DNA of 64,000 nucleotides from the human T2T-CHM13v2.0 reference genome, Homo sapiens. The notes under the pieces are model-generated. The model was not told the origin of the DNA and made no database searches. It saw only the letters and a program-made list of their open reading frames with translations. This document shows, in pieces, positions 25,257 through 41,482 of this stretch. The stretch's first letter is position 1; each line of letters starts with the position of its first letter. The translations under genes and the position numbers were made by a program. The stretch lies in assembly GCF_009914755.1 (NCBI RefSeq), contig NC_060929.1; one strand, given 5' to 3'.

Positions 25257-26344
25257 CGCTGCATTCATGGGTTTGATCCTTGATCAGTGCTCTGTGCAGA
25301 GACACACTTGCTGAGAACCCACCAAGTCCCAGGCATCACACCGAGTTCTTTGTACACACTATCAGGCACAACCCACCACAAGCCCAAGGCAGAGGTTAAA
25401 TGTACTTGCATTTGTCCTAAAAGAATTTGACCTGTTCACACAGCTAGGACTTATAGAATCAGGATTAAAAACTGGGTCTGACCAATTCTAAAGCTCATAC
25501 ACTTACCAGCCCAACCCGCCACTTCCTACTGCTTCTCTTCATCCTTGTAATTAAAGTAAATCAGTCTTAATTTAGCTCTTATGGCATCTAAGAGCCCCTA
25601 CAGCTCCTCTAGAGAAAACCAGAAACCCCTTGTGTGTCACAAATGTGTCACTGGAAAACTTGCTTCTACGATTTTACATTTTTAAATTAGAGGACAAGTA
25701 TAGCCCTTCAGCTTTATGGTTATTTTTCTAAGTATGGTGATTATGGTGTTGGAGCCTTTGGATCTGATGATTTGTTTTCTGTTTTTTAAACTGAAGAATT
25801 CCCTGCCTCTGGAATCAGAGGCAGGGCTGCACAGCTCCGAGGGTGCACCCACACTGCCAGGACAGCTCCCAGAGCAGCAGGCATCACCAGATGGAAGACA
25901 CGACGGGGGTTGCAGAGGTGCCACATCGTGCCCGGGCCCTGCTGTAAAGTATGTGCCTGAGGTCAGAACTGCAGATGAAGTCATCGTCCGCCTTCTTCAT
26001 TGTGTCTGCTCACCTTGACCCAGTTCCCCCTTCCAGTCCAGCCAAAACTCGGCTTGGAAGACAGACTGTGGACTCTGCCCCACAAATCAAGATGGTTAAA
26101 TTCTGTCCATTTACATTCTGTCAATGACCTAACACCATATTCACAAGTGAAAAACCACTGCCACGGGAACTGGAAGGTGTTTCATGGGACAAAGGTACGT
26201 GGCAGAGGACTTGCGATTGCCCCATCTTCATGTCTCCGGAGACCCCTCCAAGATCGTGCTCCCCACATTCACCATCACCTTCTTGCTAGCCCATGTTTGC
26301 CATCTTTCAGAAGAGCATAACTCTTATTTCCTCTCACCTTCTGG

Positions 26345-27140
<796 letters not shown>

Positions 27141-27267
27141 GCCCATTTTCCATCAGTTACTCACGTTCTGTGTTATGGTTCTGCTGGGCTCCCACAGTGA
27201 AGCACAGGCCACTTCATTAAAAGTCAACGTGAGAAATTTTGCTAGTGGTAAAAAGCTGAATTCACTA

Positions 27268-27403
27268 AAGAAGAAAGAAAGAGAGAGAGAAGGAAGGAAG
27301 GAAGGAAGGAAGGAAGGAAGGAAGGAAGGAAGGAAGGAGGGAAGGAAGGAAGAGGGAGGGAGAGAAGGAGGGAGGGAAGAAAACAAAAGAAAAGAAAAGA
27401 AAA
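27268..27403. repeat. (GGAA)n / purine-only tract
   Basis: Directly visible. Confidence 0.95.
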
Positions 27404-27406
27404 TGT

Positions 27407-27696
27407 GGAGGGGGGTGGTGGCTCATGCCTGTAATCCCAGCACTTTGGGAGGCCGAGAGGGAGGATCACGAGGTCAATAGATCGAGACCATTCTGGCCAA
27501 CATGATGAAATCCCGTCTCTATTAAAAATACAAAAATTAGCTGGGCATGGTGGTATGCACCTGTAGTCCCAGCTACTCAGGAGGCTGAGGCAGGAGAACG
27601 CTTGAACCCCGAAGGTGAAGGTGGCAGTAAGCCTAGATCATATCACTGCACTCCAGCCTGGCAACAGAGTGAGACTCCACCAAAAACAAAAACAAA
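27407..27696 (+). mobile_element. Full-length AluS (AluSc-like)
   Basis: Canonical Alu with 'gatcacgaggtcaatagatcgagacca'. Confidence 0.92.
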
Positions 27697-27712
27697 TATT
27701 TGAAATGTATGA

Positions 27713-28118
<406 letters not shown>

Positions 28119-29527
28119 AGGAGCTGGGAATTTAATAGGCACATTTGTGCAAGGGGACAAGGAGTCTCCGAGGGAGGAATGTGGGACCCAGGCCATGGCA
28201 GGGCTGTGGGAGGCACGGGTGATGGCCAGAGTGCCAGCCTCGTGCGCTTGGACTCCGTGGCCCCAGCTCATTGTCCCTCAGGGCTCCTCCTGAGTCACTG
28301 CTGACCTGAATGGTGCTGAGTTTCTGCCTGGCCCAACTTCCTCTGTTCAAATAAAAGCACTCACCAGAGAGAGGTGATATGGGCATGAAAGTGAATATGT
28401 ACCACACTCTAAAGGCCAAGGAGGAACTTAGAGAGGGCCACAGAGAACACAGGCAAAAACTAAAGCCAGCTATAAACAATCACCTGCAGTCACGCTTCTC
28501 AGTCCCACCAGACACCCTTTGGAATACTTGGGACCCTGCCGTGTGCTAGGAAGGGTTGGTTTTATGGAGCAAGGGCAGATCTGTCAGCATTCTTTAATAA
28601 TGAATTGAAACTTTAAAAGGTTTCCATCTAGAGGAAAAACACAGGAAGGAAGGAAGTCTGATTAACTCTGTTTAACTCTACGAGTCACCAGGGGTGCCAT
28701 CTCTGCAGTCCCTTTTTCCTGATGGAATCTCTGCCTCCAGTCTGGGATCGCTGGGGCAGAGGGGGGCATCATGCTATGTTGTCCCGGCTGGGCAAATCCG
28801 TCTGGTGATATGCCCTCGGTCCTCATCCAGGAGGATGTGTTTCTTACTCATCATAGTGGAGAATGCAGACCAGGGAGTGACCCACAGGTGACAGGCCAGC
28901 ACCTTCATCTTATGGGATTGTTGTACCAAGGTCGCCCCCCTCTCAGAGTCTGAGTCTGTCCTCAGTGTCCCTTGGGGGATCCACAGTCAGTGTGTGGCCC
29001 TAGAGGGGAGCACCATCCACCTGGGCCACTCACATCGGCCACACTGGCCATTTAGGACACTGTCCACAGCACCACAGCGTGGGCCTCACCCAGCAGGAAT
29101 GCGTTTGGAAGGCTGCTGTGCTCCCAAGAACCAGGCATTCGTGCACAGCTGTGAGGGGCTCCTCCTCCCCGTCCAGCCCAGCCTCTTACGGGGTGTGCTG
29201 TCTACCAGGCAGAACCAAGGTGCCCTCCATCCTGGCACTGGCACTAGCCTCTGTTAGGGCACTCAGCGCATCACATGGGAGATCTGTTTACCCACCTGTC
29301 TAACTAGGCCAGCAATCCCAACCTTGCATACTTTACACCTGGGAGATTTTCAAATTACCCATGTCTGAGTCTCACCCAAGAGGTTCTAGTTCATTGGCCC
29401 TCAGGGAGCCAAGCACCAGTTTTTTCCAAGACAGCCCCACACCCCTGTGCAGGTGAGTCTGTGTGTGCCCAGGGCAAGAATGGTAGAACCAGAAGATAGG
29501 CCTGGAAAACCCTGATGGTGTGTTTTA

Positions 29528-29791
29528 CTCCTTCCCTCCTTTCCTCCCTTCCTCCCTTCCTTCTCTCTCTTTCTCCTTTTCTCTCTCTTCTCTTTTTCTT
29601 CCTTTTCTTTTCTTTTCTCTTTCTTTTTCTTTCTTTCTTTCTTTTCTTTCTTTCTTTTTCTCCTTCTTTCTTTCTCTTCTTCCTTTCTTTCCCTCCTTCC
29701 TTCTCCTTTCTTCCTTCCTTCCTTCTCTTTCTTCTTTCCTTCCTTCCTTCTCTTTCTTCTTTCCTTCCTTCCTTCTTTGCTTTCTTTTTCT
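29528..29791. repeat. ~260-bp polypyrimidine tract (TTTC/CCTT)
   Basis: Directly visible; essentially only C and T. Confidence 0.95.
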
Positions 29792-30720
29792 ATCAAAGCC
29801 TAGCAAAGTCTATCATATTCAACAAATGTTAATTAAATAAATGAAGAGTGAATGAATGAAACTTTTATTTATTAGTCAGGTTAAAAGGAAGAGTTAAATT
29901 CTTAGGTTAAAAGGAAGAGTTTTAAAAGTTACCTGCTTATTGCTTATTCTGAGTATGTAAATACAAAGACTGCTTTCCCGTCAAATTTTGATTTGCTAGA
30001 ATCTGTCATTTGACAGTAAAGGGAAATGCTGTAGAAAAAAATGAACAATATCTTTTTCACACCTGCAAAATTGACTAACAGCAGACCTCATTTGATTCAA
30101 ATAAATGAAAAATCATTTGACTTTGGAAATAGATGAAATCCGGAGAGTTGCAGACATAAGCTACAACTTGTAAAGATGGGAAACGGATGAAAACTGGCAA
30201 ATAAAAGGGGGTTTCCAATAAAAACATCTGTAAGTGTACCTGTGACATCGAGCGTGCTGTGGATCAAATTTGGCAGTACTGCAGCTTAACTTTTCTCATT
30301 CTTCATAAAGTAAAAGCCCTGGTTAAATGATGGCTTATTTGTCAAGCTTCAGGCAAACAGCTCATAAAAATCAACCAGCTAGACTCAAACATTTACACAG
30401 TAGGAAAAACCTCCTTCGGACAAGCAAGAGATTAAGAACTAGTTTTGAAAATGTGTAAGTAAAGGAGGAAAACAGGAATCGACTAGGTGATATCAGCCAA
30501 TGGAGGAGTCCCAAATTTCTCGTGGAATAAGCTCTAGCAAGAACTTCCAATAGATAGAAATGAAAACATCTTAAAAGTGAGTAAACTGAGACTCAGCAAA
30601 AGGAAATCACTGACTCAAAGAGCACAGAGAAATAAGTTTTCATAAGGAAAATAACAGTCTCCCAATTACCAAGCCATCTTTCTCCTTCACAAGAAAATAC
30701 ATATTTAATAATGTAATCTT

Positions 30721-31033
<313 letters not shown>

Positions 31034-31227
31034 GTTCTTATTTCCTGCTACTTTTTTCTTAAAAATATACTCTGTTAATTCATATGCTATGCTTCACTGG
31101 ATTAAAATGTCCTTGAGAACAGAAATTGTCTTCCCTCTCACTAACATATGCAAGTTCTATGCCTGATGCCATTTTTACTGGAGAACATACACCTAGAGTA
31201 CCTGATTCTAATTATGTCATTTATGAT

Positions 31228-31342
31228 AACATATGTATTAATATATATGCATATCATATATTAAAAATATTTATATGTTACATATATATGTATACTTAAA
31301 TATATATACCTATATGTGTGTGTGTATATATGCATATATATA
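31228..31342. repeat. Degenerate (TA)n tract
   Basis: Directly visible. Confidence 0.85.
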
Positions 31343-31569
31343 ATCTTTAAAAGCATATCATACTGGAGATCCTGATTCTCTCTGCACTAGACTAAAACAT
31401 TTAGCCTTTTGCCTTTTGAGATAGGTTACCTCTAAGGGGCTTTGACAGATGAATAGATGAATGGATGGAAGAATAAATGAATAGGTGGAAGCATGAATGC
31501 ATCTATTGATGTGTAGACATAGATATTGAATCAAATGACATTTGTAATGTAGAAGCACTATAAAGTTTA

Positions 31570-31862
<293 letters not shown>

Positions 31863-32134
31863 ATAAAGTTTATCATGCTTGGTACAACCACTGTTCATAA
31901 AATTATTCCAACATTTCTCTGGAAGCAGACAGAAAATTAAGGATGGTCACAGGATTTAAGGACACGGCAAATTCCTAGTACCAATTATCTTCTTTAGGGG
32001 TAGTCATAGCCTCAAAACCACATCCTTTTACTCAGATTTCTAACAACACTATTCAGTCCCTAAATAGTTCTGAGCAGCATCTCTTTTCTGTTCAAGTGCC
32101 TATTCCTCTCTTTGCACAGACAACCTGGGTACAC

Positions 32135-32272
32135 TCCAGCATTCTGGGAGGCTGAGGTGGCCAGATCACTTGAGCCAAGGAGTTAAAGGCCAGCCCGGTC
32201 TCTGCAAAAAATGCAAAAATTAGCCAGGTGTGGTGGTACATGCCCATAATCCCAACTACTAGGGAGGCTGAG
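32135..32272 (+). mobile_element. Truncated, internally deleted AluJ fragment
   Basis: 'ccagcattctgggaggctgaggtggccagatcacttgagcc...aaaaattagccaggtgtggtgg...ggaggctgag'. Confidence 0.8.
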
Positions 32273-32391
32273 TTGTGTTAACATGCCTTAGAGACATGTC
32301 AGAAAGCTGTAGGGTGGCATCTGGAGAATCCTCCAAACTCACTTTGAGCCTGAAGTTCATAACTAGAAACTCTATCCTTTTAGGTTAAATT

Positions 32392-32608
32392 AGTGGTTCT
32401 CAGCCAGGGGTGATTTTGCCCCCACAGGAATGCTAGGCAATGTCTGCAGACATTTTTTACCACCACACCTGGCATAGGGGTTGCTCCTGGTATCCAGACA
32501 GTAGAAGCCAGAGATGCTGCTCAACATCCTAGGATGTGCAGGACAACCCCCACCACCAAGACTCACTCGGCCCAAAATGTTGGTAGTGCCAAAGTCGAAA
32601 ATTCCCCA
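32392..32608. mobile_element. MER20 hAT-Charlie element
   Basis: 'agtggttctcagccaggggtgattttgcccc...ggcaatgtctgcagacatttt...gtagaagccagagatgctgctcaacatcct...cccaaaatgttggtagtgcc'. Confidence 0.85.
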
Positions 32609-33766
32609 GTTGAATCACGATGCTGTAGACACCTGAGATGAAAATGAAGCTGAAGGGAACCATTACTGATGTCTTTCAGATCACAGATATTTGAGTGACT
32701 CATGTGCTAGGAATTCTGGAAATGCTACATCTAATCTGGCAATCATTATGAGAAGGTACTATCCTCATTTTATCAATGAGAACACAAATTTCACAGAAGT
32801 TAAATAACTTGCTCCCAATTAAGTAATTCTGTTGGTGGTGCCCGGAAAATCAACCCAACAGAGACCACTCACCAAAATCTCTACTGAAATACAACAGCTT
32901 CGCCAGAGCATGGGAGATGCAAGCCTAAGGCAGAAGGAAGAGCAGCCCCACCACTGTGAGCAAACCTGCAGGACTCCATAATCAACAAAAGTCAACGCAA
33001 GCTAAGAATACATTTCAGCCGCAAGATGCTGCATGAGTTCATGAACAATGCTTCCATGCCATTCTCATGGGAAAGTAGGCTGTCTGGAGCACATTTATGC
33101 AACTGCCACCTGAAAGGACAATCGCATCTTTCTGGAAACCCCCTTGAGACTAGGCCTAACACTGTGTCTCATCTTCAATCATCAATCAACAATTGCTTGT
33201 CCTTGTAGTCTGAAAAATCTTGGTGAGGTGGTCAAAGACAAAAGTTGGTTGAGTGGGTCATGGACTTTCCCAGGCTTGACAATTTACCCATTCAGATGTT
33301 CTTGTCTGAGAAGAAAGAGAGAAAGACAGAGAAAGAAAGGGAGGAGGAGAGAGGGAGAGAGGGAGGGAGAGTAAACTGATATCAGATGAGTTCAGTTTAG
33401 GAGGCAGTAGGATGTTGAGGAGTTGCACTTCAGAATAAATCAACGAGTCTCACCCGCCATTTCGCAGAGCTTTCCTTAAGACACGGTAATACTTTCAGGC
33501 TTGTTTTCAAGACTTTCCTTATTTATTCATTTTTAATTGACATGTAACAATTGTACATGTTTATGGGTCGTAGGGTTTGCTGAATTTCATAAAATTGTAT
33601 GTTTCAATATATGTAATGTATAGTAATCATATCAGGGTGATCAGCATACCCAGCATCACACACATTTAGCACTTTTTTTGTGTGTTGGAAACATTCAATA
33701 TCCTCCTTCTAGCTGTTTGGAACTATATATTATTGTTAACCACAGTCATCTCACAATGGTATAGAA

Positions 33767-34103
33767 CAGGGTCCCCAACCCCCGGACCATGGATCAGCAC
33801 CCTGGCCTGTTAGGAACCGGTTGCACAGCAGGAGGTGAGTGGCAAGCCAGCAAGCATTGCTGCCTGAGCTCCACCTCCTATCAGATCTGCCACAGCATTA
33901 GATTCTCTAAGGAGTGTGAACCCTATTGTGAACTGTGCATGCCAGCAATCTAGGTTGAACACTCCTTATGAGAATCTAATGCCTGATGATCTGAGGTGGA
34001 ACAGTTTCATCCAGAAACCACCCCCCCACCCCCAACCTTTGCCCATGAAAAAATCATCTTACACAAAACCAATCCCTGCTGCCAAAAAGTTTGGGGACTA
34101 CTG
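33767..34103 (+). mobile_element. MER1B, full length
   Basis: CAGGGTCCCCAACC...TTGGGGACTACTG termini; 8-bp TSD GTATAGAA / GTCTAGAA fits the Charlie target preference. Confidence 0.92.
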
Positions 34104-34338
34104 GTCTAGAACACTAGGACTTATTCCTCCTATCTATCTACCTGTAACTTTGTATCCTTTAACAAATCTCTCCCTATCTGCCCTCCCCTCCCAACCTCTA
34201 CTATCCTCTGTTCTACTTTTCAGTTCTATGAGATCAACTTTTTTAAGCTTCCACATATGAGTGAGAACAGGTGATGTTTAACTTTGTGTTCCTGGTTTAT
34301 TTTACTTAACATAACATTCTCTGGTTCCATCCATGTAG

Positions 34339-34613
<275 letters not shown>

Positions 34614-36552
34614 AATTTCATTCTTTTTTAGAGCTGAATAGGAGTCCATGGTGTATATATATACCACATTTTCTTTATCCATGCATTTGTTGTTGGACAT
34701 CTAGGTGGATTCCATATCTTGGAAAGTGTGGAAAGTGCTGCAGTAAACATGAGGGTGCGATGTCTCTTGGATATACTGATGTCCTTTCCTTTGGGCAAAT
34801 GCCCACTAGTGGGGTTGCTGGATCATGTGACATTCCTATTTGCAGTGTTTTGAGGAGCCTCCATACTGTTCCCCAAAATGGCTGTGCTAGTTTACATTCC
34901 CACACCCCATGTGGGAATTCCCTCTCCTCAGCAGCCTCGTCAGAATTCGTTCATTTTTGCCTTTTCGATAATAACCATTCTAACTGGCATGAGATGAGAC
35001 CTCACTGTGGCTTTGATTTGCATTTCCCTCATGATTAGTGATATTAGGCAATTTGTCATATACTTGTATTTCTAATTTGACACTATTTTCAAATGTGGAT
35101 ATTTTAATAAACTGTTCTCAAATTTGAATATTTCCAAATTTTATTATTGTATAAAACTCAACAGATCCTAGACCTTTAAGAAACATTCCTTTTGTATGTC
35201 ATCATGACTTAGGACTCTGTGACGTTTGAAAGTCGTCACAAGATGGGTCGCATTTTCTGTTTGTACGCAGACTTGTTCTATGTCACAGACTCGGCTTCTG
35301 TGTATGACTTTTAAAAATAGACCTTTCTGGTTCCCAGCCTGAGCTAGCTCATCACTGCTCTGCCTTCCCTTGGAGAAGTTCCCAGGCCCAGGGCCAGTGG
35401 GGACACAGAGGAGCTGGGGAACCGGCCAAGCAGTAGGGCCCCAGGCTTAGGAGCCTGCCGGGACCCAGAAGTCTTTGGATCTGATTTTGCTGCCACCTGT
35501 GAAGTCTTTCTGTGACAGTGTTGCCACTTAGGAGCCCGTCCCTGAATCCAGGGATGGACTAGATGCATTCTGAGGCTCTTCCACCTAGGAGATGGAGGAG
35601 CAAAGCTGACTCTTCATGCTGGCAAGTGGCCGGCCACAGCCCAGGGCCACTCCCTTCCTGAATTTGCCCTCCTTTCTTGCTGTCCTCTCCCAGGGCCCTT
35701 GGGGCCTGACCCTTCCACCTTCAATAAGACAGAGGGAAGGACAGGGGAGGGAAGACCTTTCTACCTCCCCAGGTTCAATTCCCCAATGCCTATCTGGGAG
35801 GGGAGGGACAGGGAAAGGAAGGGGAGGCCATGCCCCCTCCCATTGGGTCCCCAACATCCTCCACTGAGACCACAGCTTCCTCCATCTGCACAATCTCAGA
35901 GGTCATTTTCAAGCCCCTACAGGTGCCAGGCTTTGCTGGCCATTAAGGGGTGCAGAAGAGGAGAAGGCAAGAACCCTGTGTTACAGGCTGTTTATAACCT
36001 ACTTGGCAGGAAAGAGTAAGCAAAGCCAGCTATTACATGAAAGTCTTCAAACACAGGAATGGAGAAAGACTTTAAGGACGCCCCCTCCCACACCATCCCA
36101 GATCCCAGCACCTTGTGCTGGATGAGCCCAGGAAAAGCCCCAGGTGTACCAGCAAAACAGAAAGCAATGTAGCCTTCTGTGGGTGGGGACTAAGTCTGTG
36201 TGTCAGATGGGTTGTGAGAGAGGACATAGACCAGCCAGGAAATAATTCTATATATTAGGATTTTAAAAGCCACTGTGCAGTGGTTTGGGGACCTAATTGC
36301 TGCGCATAATAGCATTTTTAGGACAAACACGGTTTGTTTTCTAACAGACTTAAAAGCGAGCCTTGGGGACACAGCCTTTCCCAAAGTCAGGGTCTGCTGT
36401 GTTTTATGTTATCAACTACAACTAGCTTAGGGAGGGAGGCTGAAAATAGAAGCCACTGCCATCTAGACTTGGCAAGGAAGCTTTGCTCAAAGATATCTCC
36501 CCTTTGTGTTGTGTGAAATGCCACTTGGGTTAACAGATTCCTGGAGGAGGGG

Positions 36553-36893
36553 TGTGTTAGTCTGCTAGGGCTGCCATAATAAAGTACCACAGACTGGGGG
36601 CTTCAACTGCAGAAATTGATTGTCTCACCATTCTGAAAGCTGAAAGTCCAAGTCAAGACATTGGCAGGGTTGGCTTTTTCTGAGGCCTCTCTCCTTAGTG
36701 TCCTCCTATGTCCTCCTAATTACCTCTTATGATAAGGACACCAGTCACACTGGGTTAGAGTCCACCCCAATGACCTTGTTTAACCTCAATTACTTCTTTA
36801 AAGGCCCTATCTCCAAGTGCAGTCACCTTCTGAAGCACTGGAGGTTAGGGCGTCAATATATGAATTTAGAGGAGGCACAATTTAGCCCTGAAC
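36553..36893 (-). mobile_element. MaLR LTR (MLT1A-like)
   Basis: 'tgtgttagtctgctagggctgccataataaagtaccacagactggg...taacctcaattacttctttaaaggccctatctccaa'. Confidence 0.85.
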
Positions 36894-38174
36894 AGGGGAC
36901 ATTCTGTGTGTGTGTCTTGGGGGGACACAGCATTTTCATTACCCCCAGCCCACGCTCATTTAAACCCAGTTGAATGATCCAAATAATCCCACACTCCTGG
37001 GAGACCACAGATAACTGAGGAAGGGGAGGCAAGGGCGTCTCAGGGACAAGAGAGGCTCTTGACTGGTGGCACGAGAGTGACCATGTCCCAGATCAGAGCA
37101 CATAAGTGGTCCGGGGACAAGCAAAACCAAATGTGGAGGAGCCCTGCAGGAGGGAGGGACACTGGGGAGCACAGAGCAGCCTTGCCAGTGGGTCCCACCC
37201 TCATCTCATGCAGCCAGGAGCTGGCTTCGGGGTTAGGAGTCAACAGCTAGTTCAGCACGCACCCTTGACGAGAGTGACATGAGTGATATCGATCAAAAAG
37301 GACCTGACTCTCAGCTTACTCGAGTAGCTCCTCCACCTCTCGAAACCCTTTAGAAAATATATATATCTTTGCAAATGCTCTGCCCTGCAAGACAACCTTC
37401 TATATTCTAAATTCCTCTAGCTGAAAACCAAAGGGCTGTTTACATAATGAGTTCGAAAATAAAAGGAAAATATTAGAAGGCATTCCTCATGAATTCTGAT
37501 AAGGATATTATCCTGTTCAGAGGCATCCTAATTATAAAACTACACAATAAACCTCAATTCTAACAGAGTTATTCTTCTCTATCGGGCAGATGGTAATTGC
37601 TTTTAAAATATATATATGTACAACTTGTGTCTTATCTGTTTTGAGAAAGTAATATCTATCTTTTTAAATTGCCTAATTTTTTATTCTGCAGAGGCTAACT
37701 CTGAATAAATCTCTCTTCAAAAAAATTGCCAGCCTAGGCAAAAAAGCAGCACTTAAAAAATAGAATATTTTCTCAGAAAAGATGAGATTGCAAAGTGATA
37801 AGACTCAGAGAGAAGTATTATAAGCTTTTCTGCAGCTACTTGTGAATGCAAGGCGCAAAATAAAGTTTTCTGCCTGTTCTGCCCACACATGCCCACAGGG
37901 TGGGTTAGGACTGGGTGAGCTCCAGGCTGGCTCACACCCCAGTGGGCAAGGAGCGGGCAGGCTCCGAACGGTTTAGGAATAACTGAGGGTGATGACTCCT
38001 GAAGTTGTACTAGGTCCACTCCCTTTCTTTAAAAGATGGCTTCATCTCGAGTGTTCCAGTCATAGCCCAGAATACCGCTTTCCTGCCTAGCAAAGCTTTC
38101 GATGAAACAAATATTTTGTGGTGTGTGGAGGGAGAGAAGGTTCTATTTTATCAGTAGAAGATGATATACAGTAG

Positions 38175-38522
<348 letters not shown>

Positions 38523-40046
38523 CAATTTAGCATTTTCTAAAAAATGAAATACTAGAATACCCTAGACTGGATTAGATAGGAGAAATGAGAAAATATCCCA
38601 GTGCTATGCACATAGGAAGGATAAATAACGTGTAAAACTTGAACTCTTTCAGGGTCAAAGAGCAGTTACTCTGTCGTTCACTCACCCATCACCCACCCTC
38701 TTGACAGAAAGGGTTAATGCTGCCCTGGTGGTATTTTATGCTAAGAGAGAACACACAGGGAAGATCTGGAGTGTGACTCACATGAGCAAGTGTGACATCC
38801 CAGGGAGGACCGGGAAGCTCTATGGGATGGGAGGACCATGATCAGATGGTAAAACCACAGTATCTCTCCTTGGGTACCCAGAGAGCAACAAACAGGCCAA
38901 TCTAGTTGCTTGTTGTCTCATGAGCTGATTTCAATAAAGATGCAACCAGAGACAAAGAGGAAAGGAACGTCACAGTATCAGCGTGCACTGAAGCAGACCA
39001 CCTTTTCCAGTGTGAAAATGGGACGTTTTAGACATTTTCAAAAACAGTTGATTTACTTCTAGTAAAGTACTATAGATTTTTCTCGTGATTGTGCCTGTGT
39101 GTGTGAAAGCCCACCCACATATCTCATGCGTCCAAAACACATACACTTTTTGCAGAAATAGTTATAATTAAAATGTACGTTTTAAACGAAAGACAAAGTG
39201 AAACACAAATACGGGTATAGAGGTATAAGGACAACTCAGACCAAAAATATCACTGACCCTAAAATAAATATCTAGAGTCCCTAATCAGCAGTGCCTACCA
39301 TCCCCTATATCTAGCTTTCTTTCAGCTAAATTAATACTCTTGCAACTCGGAATGGTATCAGATCCTAAAGCCATGATGGGATGGGAAGAGCACACTCCTT
39401 AGTTATTACTCTGCATTCCATTGAAATCGCTATCATGTTTGAAACATTCAGTTTTTCCTATCTTTTTTTTCCTAGTAAGTAACCTAAATTAAGCTAAAAT
39501 ATCATTTATTCTTTTCTAACTGCAGCCTGTTCCTTGCATTTGAAAGAAGTCTGTGCCAGGGCTCTCCTGTGGATGAATGTATCTCACACGCTAATGATGA
39601 AACCCTTCCCTGAGCCCCGCATCAGGGATTCTGAGCTCAGGGCAGATGCGTCGTCGTCACGGTCTTTGCTGCAGTCACGACTCCTTCCACCTTGGGGACC
39701 AATCAGTGGTGGTTTCTCTTCCACGTATTGCCTCACTGTCTGTGCAGTCACATCTCTCAAAGCAACGTGGGACTTTGCCAGAGCCAGCTGCCTGAAATGT
39801 TCTTCCTCCTTATCTGTAGCACCTGGATCCGCACGAGAAAAGCTGCACAAATACGTTTCTGGAAAGGCGGTATCACCAACGGAGATTGCTTTGATTAGGG
39901 CACAAGCTTTTCCATCTAAATATCTATCCATTTCTGGACTAATTTATTTATGCACATATTCTATCATTCAGTAAGAATGAATTCAGAAATCTATGCACTG
40001 AGAGAGACTACATTTATCTCATATCTCTCTTGAAGACATTCATTAT

Positions 40047-40051
<5 letters not shown>

Positions 40052-40086
<35 letters not shown>
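40052..40086. repeat. (CT)n microsatellite
   Basis: Directly visible. Confidence 0.95.
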
Positions 40087-40089
<3 letters not shown>

Positions 40090-40517
40090 ATTCTTTTAAC
40101 TTTGTTTCCTCGGGTGTTAATTCTTTGCTTAAGTTTGCTTTTCGTCAAACGTTTGATTGAGAATGAGGTACACACTTCCAGAAGGAAGGAATTCGTACTT
40201 GTCATCAAGGTGACCAGCTCCCAGCTCATCCTGTGGGGTCCCTGGCTGCATCCAGCTTTTGTCCTGAGCCTGGGTGCTTCTCCCAATGCTGCCTCCTGCT
40301 GGCACAGCCAGGTTCACCGTCATGAGGATCTGCGGTCCGTGCCCTGCTCTTCATTCCTGCTTCCTCTGCAACAGCTCCAAGCTCTGTGGCAGGACACACC
40401 TGCTGTGGATATTCTGGGCTACCCTGTCTGCCCATCTGCTTCTATCTACCATCGTCTTTCAGGGATTTCTCCCAATTCCAGGTCCACTGGTGGTTCTTCT
40501 TCTCATTTTCTAAGTTT

Positions 40518-41140
40518 TACAGGCGGGAGTGTAAAATGGTAAAGCCAGCTTAGAAAAGAGTTGGGGAGTTTCTTATAGATTTAAACATATACTTAGCCTT
40601 TGATGCAATAAGTCCACTCCTTGGCATTTACCCAAAGCAGATGAAAATAAGGGTCTACAAAGACTTGCACACAAGTGTTCATTGTTCATCTGCACAATGG
40701 TCAGAACCAAAGCAACCCAAATGCTTTCCAAAAGGAGGATGGATAAACAGATGGTGGAATATCCATACAATAAATACTACTGGCCAATAAAAACAAACTA
40801 CTGACCTATGCAACAGCATGGGCCAATCTCACCATGAGATTATATGTGGATTAATGGAGGCCAGATATAAGAGTACGTACTTTATCATTCCATTCATGCA
40901 AAGTTCAGAGATAAGCAAAACTAGTTTTTGATGAGACAAATCAAAACAGAGGGTGCCTCTGGTGGAGGGGTGGGGTGAGCATGACCAGAAAGGAACATGG
41001 GGGAACTTTCTAGAGTGATGGAAATATCCCATGTCTTAATTGGGGTAAGTTACATGGGTAAGAACCATTTTTTAAAACCCACTGAGTTGTACAACTAAGA
41101 TGTGTGCACTTCACTGTATGTAAATTAATTCTCTATTTAA
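40518..41140 (+). mobile_element. Old L1 (L1MC/ME-type) 3' end
   Basis: 'gggagtgtaaaatggt...ccactccttggcatttaccca...atggataaacagatggtgg...tgtgcacttcactgtatgtaaatta'. Confidence 0.8.
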
Positions 41141-41165
41141 ATAGTTTTTAAAATCAGATACTATC

Positions 41166-41482
<317 letters not shown>

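Noticed and set aside
29401-29840. Lys/Glu/Arg-rich and Phe/Leu/Ser-rich ORFs
   Set aside because: Translation of the polypyrimidine tract
29878-29921. Short direct repeat AGGTTAAAAGGAAGAGTT x2
   Set aside because: Small local duplication with no further structure
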